A stretch of 64,000 nt of DNA from Clostridiales bacterium (GCA_012517905.1 JAAYUE010000024.1:7186-71185); one strand, 5' to 3'; positions 9,168-19,134 are shown, counted from the first letter of the stretch. Made by a program: numbers and translations. Notes: generated by a model not told the origin, from the sequence alone.

Positions 9168-9356
9168 TTACATCCCTAAATAATCCAAAACCCCGTATAC
9201 GACAAAAACCGGCCAGACAACAGCCTTCAAAAAGCCCAGAACGCCAATCCAGAATGTGGCGGCTGTGGAAATATAGTAGACAGCCGCTCCAATGAACCCC
9301 AACCCATACACGGCGGCGGTGGTCGTGTGGTTGGATCGCTCGCGATTCTCTTTCAT
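9168..9356 (-). CDS. Small (62 aa) membrane protein
   Basis: RBS GGAGGAGG; VYGLGFIGAAVYYI...FWIGVLGFLKAVVWP. Confidence 0.8.
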   Translation of the reverse strand: MKENRERSNHTTTAAVYGLGFIGAAVYYISTAATFWIGVLGFLKAVVWPVFVVYGVLDYLGM

Positions 9357-9491
9357 GTTTGTGTCCTCCTCCCCATATCGTCAGTATCTTTCGGCCCTCT
9401 GCCTTACCTTCATAATATAGCACGTATGATCAAGGAACGATTCATGTTTTTTAAGAAATGTGTAAAATATAGAACAAAATGTATAAAATAC

Positions 9492-9520
9492 TTGACATTA
9501 TGTAATGATAAGCCTATATT
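9492..9520 (+). promoter_or_regulatory. SigA promoter embedded in TGTA-led repeats (probable XRE operator array)
   Basis: TTGACA-17-TATATT; TGTAAAATA, TGTATAAAATA, TGTAATGATA and TGTAAAAGATA nearby. Confidence 0.7.
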
Positions 9521-9561
9521 ATGTAGTGTAAAAGATACAAAGCGAAACGGGAGGAAGAAAC

Positions 9562-10059
9562 ATGTCGTATCAAGAGAAAAAAACGGTGGTAACCATGATA
9601 ACCGGCGCGCTGCTGCTTGCCGCCTACTGCATCTATGCCTTTGGGCAAGTGCAGGCCGGCCTTGCCGCGGCGGACAACCTGACGTTCTGGGCGGGCACAA
9701 TCCTCGTTTTTATCGGGATCAGCATTGTTGTAAATATCATCATACAGATCGTATTTCACATTTTGATGGCGGTCTCATACGGAATCAAGCAGCGCAAAGA
9801 AACGGGGGATTGCGACGAGGCGTCGCTTAACCGGCATTTTCGGACGGAGACGACGGAGGATGAGATGGATAAAATGATCTCGCTGAAATCCTCGCGCGTC
9901 GCGTTTGTTTGCGCCGGAATCGGATTCGGCGTCGGGCTTGCGATGATCCTGTTCGGCGCCGCCGCGGCAACGCTGATCAATGCCGTTTATATCGGCTTTA
10001 GTCTGGGCGCGATCGCAGAAGGGATTGCGCAGCTGCGTTTTTACAGAAAGGGAGTTTGA
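9562..10059 (+). CDS. 4-TM membrane protein, partner of the XRE regulator
   Basis: RBS GGAGG; hydrophobic helices; EDEMDKMISLKS motif; ends FYRKGV. Confidence 0.8.
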   Translation: MSYQEKKTVVTMITGALLLAAYCIYAFGQVQAGLAAADNLTFWAGTILVFIGISIVVNIIIQIVFHILMAVSYGIKQRKETGDCDEASLNRHFRTETTEDEMDKMISLKSSRVAFVCAGIGFGVGLAMILFGAAAATLINAVYIGFSLGAIAEGIAQLRFYRKGV

Positions 10060-10064
10060 AGAAC

Positions 10065-10349
10065 ATGACGAAGAAAAACGCCGCGTCAACGACCTATACC
10101 GGCGAAAAACTGGAAATCAGCAACAACATCCGGACGCTCCGCTTCTTTGCAAACGAGATGACGCAGCAGCAGCTTGCGGAAAAAGCGGGAGCCTCCCGGC
10201 AGACCATCATCGCCGTCGAAGCAGGCAAATATTCGCCGTCTCTGGAGCTGGCGTTCAAAATTGCGGATGCGTTCGGCGTGCCGATTACGGACGTGTTTGA
10301 GTACCGGCGGGCCGATGAACCGGTGGAGCAGGTCGAACAGGAAAAATAA
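10065..10349 (+). CDS. XRE/Cro-family HTH regulator
   Basis: NNIRTLR...MTQQQLAEKAGASRQTIIAVEAGKYSPSLELAFKIA. Confidence 0.93.
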   Translation: MTKKNAASTTYTGEKLEISNNIRTLRFFANEMTQQQLAEKAGASRQTIIAVEAGKYSPSLELAFKIADAFGVPITDVFEYRRADEPVEQVEQEK

Positions 10350-10460
10350 TGCTTCGATCCGGCGGCCGGCTGCGCGGGGAATCGGCGGAGTCTGCACGGG
10401 CTCGGCGTCTGCCGCTGAACCCTGCGAACGAAAACCCCCATACAGGGAAGGAGTAAACGG

Positions 10461-11177
10461 ATGAATCCCAAAGAACCCTTGCGCGCTGTCAACCGGACGG
10501 CCAGAACAGCGGGAGCGCTCTATCTGGTGATGTTCGTGGTGTCGATGTTCTGCGCCGTGTTTTTTACAAAAGGGCTGGTGGTCCCCGGCGATGCGGCTGC
10601 GACGGCCGCGCAGATCGGAGCTTCCGCCGGTCTGTTCCGCCTTGGCATCGCCGGCAATCTTTTCGTACAGGTCATCCATATATTTCTCGTGATAGTCCTG
10701 TATCGGCTGTTGCGACCGGTCAATCCGCGGACCGCCATGTTTTTAGCGGTACTTGGGCTGGTCAGCGTGCCCATCGCGATGCTGAATGAAACGAACCAGT
10801 TTGCCGCATTGATCCTGTCCGGCGGAGAAACGTATGCCGCGGTCCTCGGCGCAGGTCAGCTGAACGCAATCATGGGCCTGTTTCTCGAATTACACGAGTA
10901 TGGAATCCTGATTGCTCAGATTTTCTGGGGTCTCTGGCTTTTCCCGCTTGGCTATCTGATCTGCAAGTCGGGATATATCCCGAAAGTATTGGGGTTTTTG
11001 CTGATCATCGGGGGAGCGGGATACGTGATCGACGCGGTGATGGTTTTCCTTTTTCCCGGCATCGATATAGCGATCAGTATGTTCACGTTCTGGGGCGAAG
11101 TGCTGTTGCCGCTGTGGTTCCTGATAAAGGGCGTGAATGCCGAGCGGTGGGAAAAGTCGGTGCCCGATCCGGCATGA
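10461..11177 (+). CDS. DUF4386-like multi-pass membrane protein
   Basis: RBS AAGGAG; ARTAGALYL, IFWGLWLFPLGYLICKSGYIPK, GEVLLPLWFLIKGV. Confidence 0.85.
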   Translation: MNPKEPLRAVNRTARTAGALYLVMFVVSMFCAVFFTKGLVVPGDAAATAAQIGASAGLFRLGIAGNLFVQVIHIFLVIVLYRLLRPVNPRTAMFLAVLGLVSVPIAMLNETNQFAALILSGGETYAAVLGAGQLNAIMGLFLELHEYGILIAQIFWGLWLFPLGYLICKSGYIPKVLGFLLIIGGAGYVIDAVMVFLFPGIDIAISMFTFWGEVLLPLWFLIKGVNAERWEKSVPDPA

Positions 11178-11393
11178 GCCTGAGCTTTGCTTTGCGACCG
11201 GGGACAAAGCGATTGTCCGATAGGATCGCAATCAGGACGGCGTAAACGGCTTTGGCGCCGGCAGAATCGTTTCAAAAATTGATTTTGGTCAATGAGATGG
11301 ATGCCGATATCCTGTGTGCTCAATCTGTCCGGGAAACACGCGCTCTTGCGAATCGCTCGTGACAGAAAATGCATGAAGGATGAGGGATGCCAT

Positions 11394-11999
11394 ATGACCA
11401 TAAAAAAGAAAAATCGTTTCTATGAGATAGTTGCGGCAGTCGGGTTTCTTTTAGCGACGGTCAGCTACTCGATCGGCAGCAGCATGCTGGAGACGAAATA
11501 CGGCGCCGCCGTTCAGGGCGGAGCGCATCCCGGTGCGCTCGGCGTCGGGTTTTCGCTGGAGCTCGTGAACTGCATGGCGGTTGTCCTGATCGGAATCCTG
11601 CTTTTTTTACGATTGCGGCCGTGCGGCAAGCCGATTGCGCTGGGATACATGATCTCCAGAATCGCCGAAGCGCTGCTGCTTTGCGCGGGCGGCATCCTGG
11701 TTCTGACCGGCGCAAACGAAGCGCTGCGGCTGCAAGCGTTTCTCTTTCATCTGGCGATGGTGATTCTCGGAGTTTACAGCGCGGTTTTCTGCGTTTATCT
11801 GGTCAAATGGTCGGTCGGGCCAAAATGGTTGTTTCTTACGGGGGTTGCCGGATATGTGACGCTGGTAATCTACGCGGGGATCAACCTGATATCGGCATCC
11901 CAATTGGCGCCCATGTGGCTGTTTGCGCCGGGCGCGGTATTTGAAATCATCTTTCCCGTTTGGCTGATCGTCAGGGGATTTGATCCGGCCGAGGCATAG
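11394..11999 (+). CDS. Second DUF4386-like membrane protein
   Basis: ALGYMISRIAEA, PGAVFEIIFPVWLIVRGF. Confidence 0.78.
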   Translation: MTIKKKNRFYEIVAAVGFLLATVSYSIGSSMLETKYGAAVQGGAHPGALGVGFSLELVNCMAVVLIGILLFLRLRPCGKPIALGYMISRIAEALLLCAGGILVLTGANEALRLQAFLFHLAMVILGVYSAVFCVYLVKWSVGPKWLFLTGVAGYVTLVIYAGINLISASQLAPMWLFAPGAVFEIIFPVWLIVRGFDPAEA

Positions 12000-12065
12000 A
12001 TGAACCGTTCGGGCGGCGCAGCGGCCGTGTGGCTGCGTGGCAATGAACGCAATGGATGGAGCCAG

Positions 12066-12659
12066 TTATGGCTTCATCCTTTTTTTGAATCGACTGAATG
12101 TTTCGGGTGCGATTCCCAAATAACTTGCCAAATAGATCTGAGGCACACGGTTCAGCAACGCCGGCCTGCTTTTTACCAAAAACGCAAACCGTTCTTCCGC
12201 TGTACCGAACTTGAATTTTGTGAAGCTGACCTGCATGTCGGAAAACTGTTTTTCGAAAAAAAGGCGTTTCATGTTGCCGATATCGGGCTGCTCGTCGCCT
12301 GCGGCGTTGTTGCCGATGTCCGGACACTCGACGACGAGGCAATCCTCGAGACAGGCGAGGCTGTAGAGCGACAATCCGTCGTCGTCCAGAAAGCTGAACA
12401 GATTGATGGACTCTTCTTCGGTAAAGAAATTCACCGTCGCCTCGTTGCCGCTTTCGTTACAGGCATATTGCCGAACACAGCCCTTGATCAGATAGTAGCT
12501 GCACTTCGGCGCGAATCCCTGCTGCAGCAGGACGGTTCTTTTTTTATATTCGATCATCGGGACATGCTCGACGATTTCCCGTATTTGGGCCGCGTCCATC
12601 TGCGTATATTTTTTCAGGTTTGCCGTCAATACGGACTTGCCCGACTCTGTGTTGTTCAT
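12066..12659 (-). CDS. Crp/Fnr-family transcriptional regulator
   Basis: YYLIKGCVRQY cNMP-type barrel; TAEERF, RVPQIYLASYLGIAPETFSR HTH. Confidence 0.9.
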   Translation of the reverse strand: MNNTESGKSVLTANLKKYTQMDAAQIREIVEHVPMIEYKKRTVLLQQGFAPKCSYYLIKGCVRQYACNESGNEATVNFFTEEESINLFSFLDDDGLSLYSLACLEDCLVVECPDIGNNAAGDEQPDIGNMKRLFFEKQFSDMQVSFTKFKFGTAEERFAFLVKSRPALLNRVPQIYLASYLGIAPETFSRFKKRMKP

Positions 12660-13131
12660 ATTCCCAAACCTTCACATCCTTGCATGAAAAACGCGCATCG
12701 ATCGATAAGCCGTTGCTTGCTTTTTTGCTGTTTCCGATAGCTGGCCCATATGGTTACACCCGATTATCTATTATAGTAGCATACTCGTTTTGGATGCGCA
12801 TATCATCCGATGTACAATTTACCTGTTCTTGACACGATCTTTGCCTGCATCCGATACAATTGGATTGCTTTGCAAACAAACGGATGCGTGCGAAAATTAA
12901 ACCACACATTTTTATAGATTTGATGATTTTTATAGCGTCGGTCAAAGAATAAAACGGAATAACATTGTAATTTCTTGACTTTTACCATTGATTGAATATA
13001 CTCGTACTAGTATGATAAGAATAACGGAGAAAAACGCCGGACAACGGCAGTTTTCTGCCGTGTCACGGGGCGGATCCGCACAGGCGGCGTTCGCCGGAAA
13101 CCGAGCCACTTGCATTCTGCGGAGGAAACAG

Positions 13132-14271
13132 ATGATGCGCTCATTATGGAAAAAAATGAAAGGCGAACTCGGACAGTCCACGATTCTGCTGGCGCTGTCG
13201 ATCGTCGTGCTCTGCGGCGTCGTGGCCATGGTCGTCGATGTCGGCATGGTGGGCGTCAACAGGGAGCAGCTGCAGACCGCGGCCGATGCGGCGGCGCTGG
13301 CCGGCGCGTACGATCTGCCGAGCGCTTCCGCCGCGCAGACGACGGCGATTCACTATGCGGAGCTCAACGGGGTGGAGTCTGGCCATACGAGTGTGACCAC
13401 GCCCTATAACGGCGATTCGAAAAAGATCGAGGTCGTCTGCACCGAGACGGTGGAATATACGTTCGCCCGCATTCTGGGATATACGTCCAAGGTGGTGTCG
13501 GCCCGCGCGGTTGCGGAAAAGACCGGCATGAACGGCGGCGCGTTCGGGTTTGCCGTTTTTTCAGGCAACGATTCGGATACGCTGACGTTCAACGGAAGTG
13601 GAATCTATATCGACGGAAGCGCGCATGCCAACTATAGAATCAAAATTAACGGTTCGGGTCAGACGATTACCGGAAATGCGGAGGCCGTATCCACCGTCAC
13701 CGCCAACGGTTCGAGTATAACCGTCGGCGGAACGTTTCAGGGGTCTTCCGTTACGACGCACGGAAGCGGCATTAGCATCGGTAATACGGTAGCCAGTCCG
13801 GCAGCCTTTCTTGAGATGCCTAATTTTTCTGCGGCCATAGAAGCTCAGGCGGCAGCGGCGGGAACGAAATATACGGGAACACAGACTTTTAATGGCAGCA
13901 ATTTAAATCTGGATACACCGATCTATGTGGACGGCAATGTGGTGATAAACGGGAGTCATTTCAATGGCACTGGATTTATACTGGCAACGGGTGACATCAC
14001 ATTTAACGGCAGCAATTTAAAGAATTCTTCGAGCGCGTCCATTTGTTTCTATTCGGAAACCGGTGATATCACGATCAACGGGTCGGGTAGCGAGCTGGAC
14101 GGTGTTCTCTACGCCCCAAACGGTACGATCACGATGAATGGCTCTGGTCAAACGGTCAATGGCAGGGTAATAGCGGACAAAGTGAATTTCAATGGAAGCG
14201 GTTTGCAGATCATTTCCGGGTCGAACGATTTGGGATTCCTGCCGTCATCTTCTGTCAGGCTCATCGAGTAG
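13132..14271 (+). CDS. TadG-related Flp pilus-associated protein with NGS-repeat beta-helical C-terminus
   Basis: RBS GGAGG; ELGQSTILLAL...VDVG...LQTAADAAALAGA TadG N-terminus; nine NGS repeats. Confidence 0.85.
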   Translation: MMRSLWKKMKGELGQSTILLALSIVVLCGVVAMVVDVGMVGVNREQLQTAADAAALAGAYDLPSASAAQTTAIHYAELNGVESGHTSVTTPYNGDSKKIEVVCTETVEYTFARILGYTSKVVSARAVAEKTGMNGGAFGFAVFSGNDSDTLTFNGSGIYIDGSAHANYRIKINGSGQTITGNAEAVSTVTANGSSITVGGTFQGSSVTTHGSGISIGNTVASPAAFLEMPNFSAAIEAQAAAAGTKYTGTQTFNGSNLNLDTPIYVDGNVVINGSHFNGTGFILATGDITFNGSNLKNSSSASICFYSETGDITINGSGSELDGVLYAPNGTITMNGSGQTVNGRVIADKVNFNGSGLQIISGSNDLGFLPSSSVRLIE

Positions 14272-14392
14272 CAAAGGCTGCCGACGCAGGTTGCGAATTC
14301 CACAGAAATCAAACAAGTCCTTTTGCTCGCCGGAGAAGGCGGCAAAAGGACTTCTTTTTGTTGAAGGCGTCGGCGCGTTGTTTCCGAACCCG

Positions 14393-15514
14393 CTATTGTC
14401 TGCAGGAGGCGACGATTTCGCAGATGTCGTCCACGTCGTCGAGCGCAAGGTCCGCGTACATCGGCAGCGTCAGCACGCGCCTGCTGGCGGCGAGTGCAAC
14501 CGGCGTTTCCTCGGGCCGGAATCTGCCCTGATAGCACGCGGCCTCGCTCGGCAGAGGATAGAAATACTTGCGCGCGAACACGCCGTAAGAATTCAGCGTT
14601 TTGTCGACCTCGTCCCGCGTGCGGCCGAACGCTTCGGGGTCGAACGTCACGGGCAGATATGCGTAGTTCTGCCGAATGCCGTCGGGAATCGGACGGAACG
14701 ACAACCCTTCGATCCCTGCAAGATTTTCGCGGTAGCGCGCGGCAACCCTGCCGCGCTTTTCGATTTCACGCTCGAAATATTTGAGGTTGAGCAGTCCCAT
14801 CGCCGCCTGAAACTCATTCATCTTGGCGTTTCCGCCGACTTCCCGGATATCCTCCTCGGAATGGAGTCCGAAGTTTTTATAGCCGTTGAGCCGCTCGGCA
14901 AAGTCCGCGCTCCGGCAGGCGACCGCGCCGCCCTCGATCGTATGATAGCACTTCGTCGCGTGAAAGCTGAACATCGACGCCTCGCCATAGCTTGCCACGG
15001 CGCGTCCGTGTATCGTTACGCCGAACGCGTGCGCCGCGTCGTAGAGCACGGGCAGGCCGTGCTTTTTTGCAACGCGGTCGATGGCCTCCATGTCGCAGGG
15101 ATTGCCGTAGACGTGCACGGGCAGGATGGCGCGCGTGCGCGGCGTGATCAGCGCTTCGATCCGCTCGGTGTCGATCGTGTAGTAGGTTGGCTCCACGTCG
15201 CAAAACACCGGGGTAAGCCCGCAGCGCACGATCGCGTGCGTGGTGGAGATGAAGGTAAACGGCGTGGTGATGATTTCGCCGCCGTCAAATCCGAACGCGG
15301 AGATGGCGCACTCCAGCGCGAGATGCCCGTTGGTAAACAGGCGCAGGTGCTGCGCGCCGAGATGATCCCTCAGCGCCGCTTCGAGCCGCTGGTGCTGCGC
15401 GCCGCCGTTTGTCAGGTAATGGGTCGAGAAGATTTCGCGCACGAGCGCTTCGTATTCCTCCACCGGCGGCAGCGACGGACGGGTCACCAGAATCGGCGGG
15501 TCTTTCTTCTGCAT
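14393..15514 (-). CDS. DegT/DnrJ/EryC1/StrS PLP aminotransferase (VioA-like)
   Basis: LVTRPSLP, TTPFTFIST, PVHVYGNPC, YDAAHAFG, FSFHATK, GGNAKMNEFQAA, RKYFYP. Confidence 0.93.
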   Translation of the reverse strand: MQKKDPPILVTRPSLPPVEEYEALVREIFSTHYLTNGGAQHQRLEAALRDHLGAQHLRLFTNGHLALECAISAFGFDGGEIITTPFTFISTTHAIVRCGLTPVFCDVEPTYYTIDTERIEALITPRTRAILPVHVYGNPCDMEAIDRVAKKHGLPVLYDAAHAFGVTIHGRAVASYGEASMFSFHATKCYHTIEGGAVACRSADFAERLNGYKNFGLHSEEDIREVGGNAKMNEFQAAMGLLNLKYFEREIEKRGRVAARYRENLAGIEGLSFRPIPDGIRQNYAYLPVTFDPEAFGRTRDEVDKTLNSYGVFARKYFYPLPSEAACYQGRFRPEETPVALAASRRVLTLPMYADLALDDVDDICEIVASCRQ

Positions 15515-15611
15515 AAAGCGTCTCCTTCTATCTGCGCCGAACGCGCGGCGCTTTCAAAACGACAGAGATCATTTTAATCGCATTTGAATGGAAAAGCAAA
15601 TCCGGAACGGA

Positions 15612-17498
15612 TCATTCGATGACCTCGACGCCCTCCGCCAGATATCGCATTTTGATGATATCCGCCGGCGGCGCGTCGGTGTGCGCGGGCACGCGCACGA
15701 TTCCCTCGTTGTCCGTCACCGGCCCGTGAAAAGGATTGTAGAGATTGCGCGCGATGCTGCCGCGCAGGTAGCGGATCAGGTTGTTCGGCGTGCCGCTCGA
15801 CCAGCTGCCGAGGCGGACGTCCACCACGCCGCCGCCGAGGCCCCACCAGAAGCTCGCGATCGGCGATTCGTCCTGATCCATGCTCAGCAGCGCGCCGAGA
15901 CTGCCGTTGAGATAGCTCTTGACGATGGCGGTATAAAACCGCTCCCAGTTCCAGTCCGGCGCGGCGAGATAGCGCGTCGGCTTTCCGTTCGGGTCGACGG
16001 AGACCAGCGCGGAAAACACGCTGTACGGCAGCTCCGGCAGAGAGAGCGCGGGGTAATGCGGCGTAAACACGGTGTCCGCGCCCAGCTGCGCCGCCGTAAC
16101 GACGCCCGTTTCGCAGGTGGCCGTATCCCGCGGGTCCACGTCCCGCGTGACCAGCAGCACGCGCGCGCTCGGGCAGACGGAGCGCACGCCGATGGCGAAC
16201 GCGTTGATATCCGAGGTGAAGCGCGTATAGTTAAGCTTCGGGGTGACGTAGGCGACGACGCCGGTTTTCGTGTGTTGGCCCGCGGCGATGCCGCAGAGGA
16301 ACACCGCCTCGTAATACCGCCCGAAATAGGTATGCAGCCGGTAGTTGTGCTGCATGCGGGAGTAGACGAGCGTCTGGCAGCTCGGGTGTTCGAGCGCAAA
16401 CCGCAGCACGGGGTTCATCAGCGACGGGGTGGTGACGAACAGAAGGCCCGCGTCCCCCGCTTCCTGGCGAAGCAAATCATAGGCCTCCTCGCGGTCCGGC
16501 AGATCCAGCACGCGCGAGTCCACCTTTTCGCCCAACTCCGCCTGCATGGCGAGCCGGCCCTGCTCGTGCGCGCCGAGCCAGTTGTTCTGCGCGCGTTCGC
16601 CGGAATAGGCGAATACAACCTTCGGGTTTCGATGTACGGGCAGCAGGCGCGCAAACAGCGGCGCTTCCGCCGCCTCCGCGTCCTCTTCCGAAACGAGGCG
16701 CGGCTCGGGCGGATGCTCGAGGATGTCCAGCTGCGGTTTGAGCGTAAGGATGCGCGCGGTCAGCTCGTCCGGCATGATGTTGGTCGGAAAGCCGTAGATA
16801 TACAGGTATTCGAGAAACGCGTCCCCGAGGGAGAGGGTACAGTTGCTCATTAGATAGGCGGACTCGAAGCGCGTGTAGAGCGCGTTGAAATCCGGCTTAT
16901 CCGCCTCGGGGTCGAGTTCGGCGATGAGCTTTTGTTCGATGCGGTAGAGCCGCTCGTATTTGCGGGACTGGGACAGCTCGATGTCGGAAAACACGCCCTT
17001 CTTGCTGTACGCCAAAAACGTGTAATACCGCTCGATATCCGGGTCCGATTCGTCCCACTGCGGCACAAGGCGAATGATCTCCGCCTCAAACGACATCGCG
17101 TCGAAATACTTCAGCACGCTCACGCGCTTGTTGCCCTCCGCAACGTAATAGCGCCAGAGGTATTCGTAGACGCGGATCGGGTCGCGGATGCCGCTCTGCA
17201 GGTGCGCGTCGCACAGATTGATCCATTTATTGGCAAACTCCGTGTCGGAGCTGAGCAGCGGCATGAAGTTCGCCGCAAACGAGTTTGCGCGGCTCGCCTG
17301 ATAGGTGCCGATGACGCGGTTGAGCGATATGGCGCGCATGGGCTGCGCGATGACGGCGAGCACGCCGTTTTCCTCCCGCTTCGCGTTCAAAACGGGGATC
17401 AGACCGCTTTCGCCGCGCGAGCGGCGGGCGGCGAATTCCTTTAATGCGCGCTTTCTCGCGCGCTCGTATTCTTCGTATCCTCTGCTGTTCTGGCTCAT
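15612..17498 (-). CDS. Fusion of N-terminal ParB/sulfiredoxin-like domain and C-terminal BMP (PnrA-like) ligand-binding domain, no signal peptide
   Basis: RBS GGAGG; IRDPIRVYEYLWRYYVAEGNKRVS (ParB/Srx GxxR); BMP motifs NWLGAHEQGR, YFGRYYEAVFLCGIAAG, INAFAIG, WNWERFY, FWWGLGGGVV, PFHGP. Confidence 0.8.
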   Translation of the reverse strand: MSQNSRGYEEYERARKRALKEFAARRSRGESGLIPVLNAKREENGVLAVIAQPMRAISLNRVIGTYQASRANSFAANFMPLLSSDTEFANKWINLCDAHLQSGIRDPIRVYEYLWRYYVAEGNKRVSVLKYFDAMSFEAEIIRLVPQWDESDPDIERYYTFLAYSKKGVFSDIELSQSRKYERLYRIEQKLIAELDPEADKPDFNALYTRFESAYLMSNCTLSLGDAFLEYLYIYGFPTNIMPDELTARILTLKPQLDILEHPPEPRLVSEEDAEAAEAPLFARLLPVHRNPKVVFAYSGERAQNNWLGAHEQGRLAMQAELGEKVDSRVLDLPDREEAYDLLRQEAGDAGLLFVTTPSLMNPVLRFALEHPSCQTLVYSRMQHNYRLHTYFGRYYEAVFLCGIAAGQHTKTGVVAYVTPKLNYTRFTSDINAFAIGVRSVCPSARVLLVTRDVDPRDTATCETGVVTAAQLGADTVFTPHYPALSLPELPYSVFSALVSVDPNGKPTRYLAAPDWNWERFYTAIVKSYLNGSLGALLSMDQDESPIASFWWGLGGGVVDVRLGSWSSGTPNNLIRYLRGSIARNLYNPFHGPVTDNEGIVRVPAHTDAPPADIIKMRYLAEGVEVIE

Positions 17499-17583
17499 TT
17501 CGTTACCTCCGGAAATTCGTCGTCCGGTGTGCGTCTGTCAATCGGGCAAGCTGCGGCGGATGCCGGCTTCCTCGCCGCCGGCT

Positions 17584-18201
17584 TCATTCCCCTTCCCCGG
17601 GAAACTCCATATCCAGAATATAGTAGTTATAGGCGTTGACGATGGTCGTGTCCTGATATTGCATCACCCGCTTCGAGCCGATGGAGTAGGTCAGGTGCTG
17701 ATGGCCGTGCAGATGATAGCGGGGCTTGTACTTGTCGATGAGCTTGACAAAGGTCTCAAACCCCTCGTGAAAGAGGTCGTCCCCGTCGCCGAGGCCCGCG
17801 GCCGGGGCGTGGGTCACGAGCACGTCGATCCCTTTTTTCAGCGAGAGCGCAAGCGTCGCCTTGAGCACGCGCAGGTTCATCTCCCGCTCGGAATAGTGGT
17901 TCGGCGCGGGACGGGTGCTCTTGCAGCCGCCAAAGCCGACAAACCGAATTCCCTTGATCTCCACGGGTTTTTCTTCGAGATCGATGCAGCCCTCCGGCGG
18001 ATTCTGCTCGTATCGCGTGTCGTGATTGCCGCGCACGTACAGCAGCGGCGCGGGGATCATGGTGACGAGAAACGAGAGGTATTCCGGCTTCAGATCGCCG
18101 CAGGAGATGATCACGTCCACGCCGGCAAATGCCTTCGCGTCGAAGAAGTCCCAGATAAATTCGCTTTCATGGTCGGAGATGACCAGAGCTTTCAGTTTCA
18201 T
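17584..18201 (-). CDS. Calcineurin-like metallophosphoesterase
   Basis: ISDHE, SCGDL, VRGNHD, LVTHAP, HLHGHQH. Confidence 0.93.
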   Translation of the reverse strand: MKLKALVISDHESEFIWDFFDAKAFAGVDVIISCGDLKPEYLSFLVTMIPAPLLYVRGNHDTRYEQNPPEGCIDLEEKPVEIKGIRFVGFGGCKSTRPAPNHYSEREMNLRVLKATLALSLKKGIDVLVTHAPAAGLGDGDDLFHEGFETFVKLIDKYKPRYHLHGHQHLTYSIGSKRVMQYQDTTIVNAYNYYILDMEFPGEGE

Positions 18202-18438
18202 GCGCGTCTATTAACGTCCGTTCCTGTGATGCCGCCGGTTGGCCCGGGCCTGCTCGAGAGAGGGTGGCGAGCCGCCTCGAACCGGGCGGCTGTCAAGTAT
18301 TACGATACACGCTTACGCCCCGAAAGTAAAGCGCGCGCCCGGATTGCGGGGCAGGGAAAACCCCGCCCGAACCGGTCTGGCGGGCGGGGTGAAAGCGCGT
18401 TGGTTTCGGCGTCGTCGCGGCAATTGCTCGCTCCGCGC

Positions 18439-19134
18439 TCAGGCGTGGTAGAGCTTTTTCAGCGCGTTCGTGCCGTGCAGGATGCACAGGCGGGCGTTCT
18501 GCGCGCTGGCCTCGGCGTCGTGCGCCTCGATCGAGCGCACGAGCGACTCGTGCAGCTTGACGGACTTGGGGATATCCGGCGCGAGGGTCAGATGCTGGCG
18601 GATCAGCCGCGAAATCGTGGTTTCGAAGCTCTTGTATGTCATGGCGTATATCGCGTTGCCGGAATACTGTGTGAGCAGATAGTGAAACCGCAACATGGGC
18701 TCCGCCGCGTCGAGCGGATGCGCCGCGTTTTTGATGCAGTGCGTCAGCACGTGGAGCGTCTCGATTTCCCCGCCCGTCGCGTGAAGGCTTGCCAGACGCG
18801 CGCATTCGCATTCGATGAGAATCCGAAGGTCGACAAGGTCGCAAAACAACGAGTAGTCGAGGCGAAAGCTGTCGCAGCTCATGAGCGCGCTGAGCACCTG
18901 CAAGGTGCCGTTTCGCTTATAGTCCGCAACGATGCTCCCCTGCCGCGGGATGATGCGGACAAACCCCTGATTTGCCAGCTCCAGAATGCCGGTGTTGACC
19001 AGCGAGCGGCTCACGCCAAGCTCCTGCGCAAGCTCCCGCTCCGGCGGCAGCTGCTGGCCGATCTGATATTCGCCGGAGAATATCTTCTGCTGTATGCTGT
19101 GGACAAACGATTTCTTCAAACCTTCTTGTTTCAT
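18439..19134 (-). CDS. GntR/FadR-family regulator
   Basis: GQQLPPERELAQELGVSRSLV wHTH; FCD domain (RFHYLLTQYSGN). Confidence 0.92.
   Translation of the reverse strand: MKQEGLKKSFVHSIQQKIFSGEYQIGQQLPPERELAQELGVSRSLVNTGILELANQGFVRIIPRQGSIVADYKRNGTLQVLSALMSCDSFRLDYSLFCDLVDLRILIECECARLASLHATGGEIETLHVLTHCIKNAAHPLDAAEPMLRFHYLLTQYSGNAIYAMTYKSFETTISRLIRQHLTLAPDIPKSVKLHESLVRSIEAHDAEASAQNARLCILHGTNALKKLYHA

Noticed and set aside
13020-13130. c-di-GMP riboswitch upstream of the TadG-like gene; CGGATCCGCAC shared with the leader near 28220
   Set aside because: No class I or II consensus; an 11-bp GC-rich match is weak evidence
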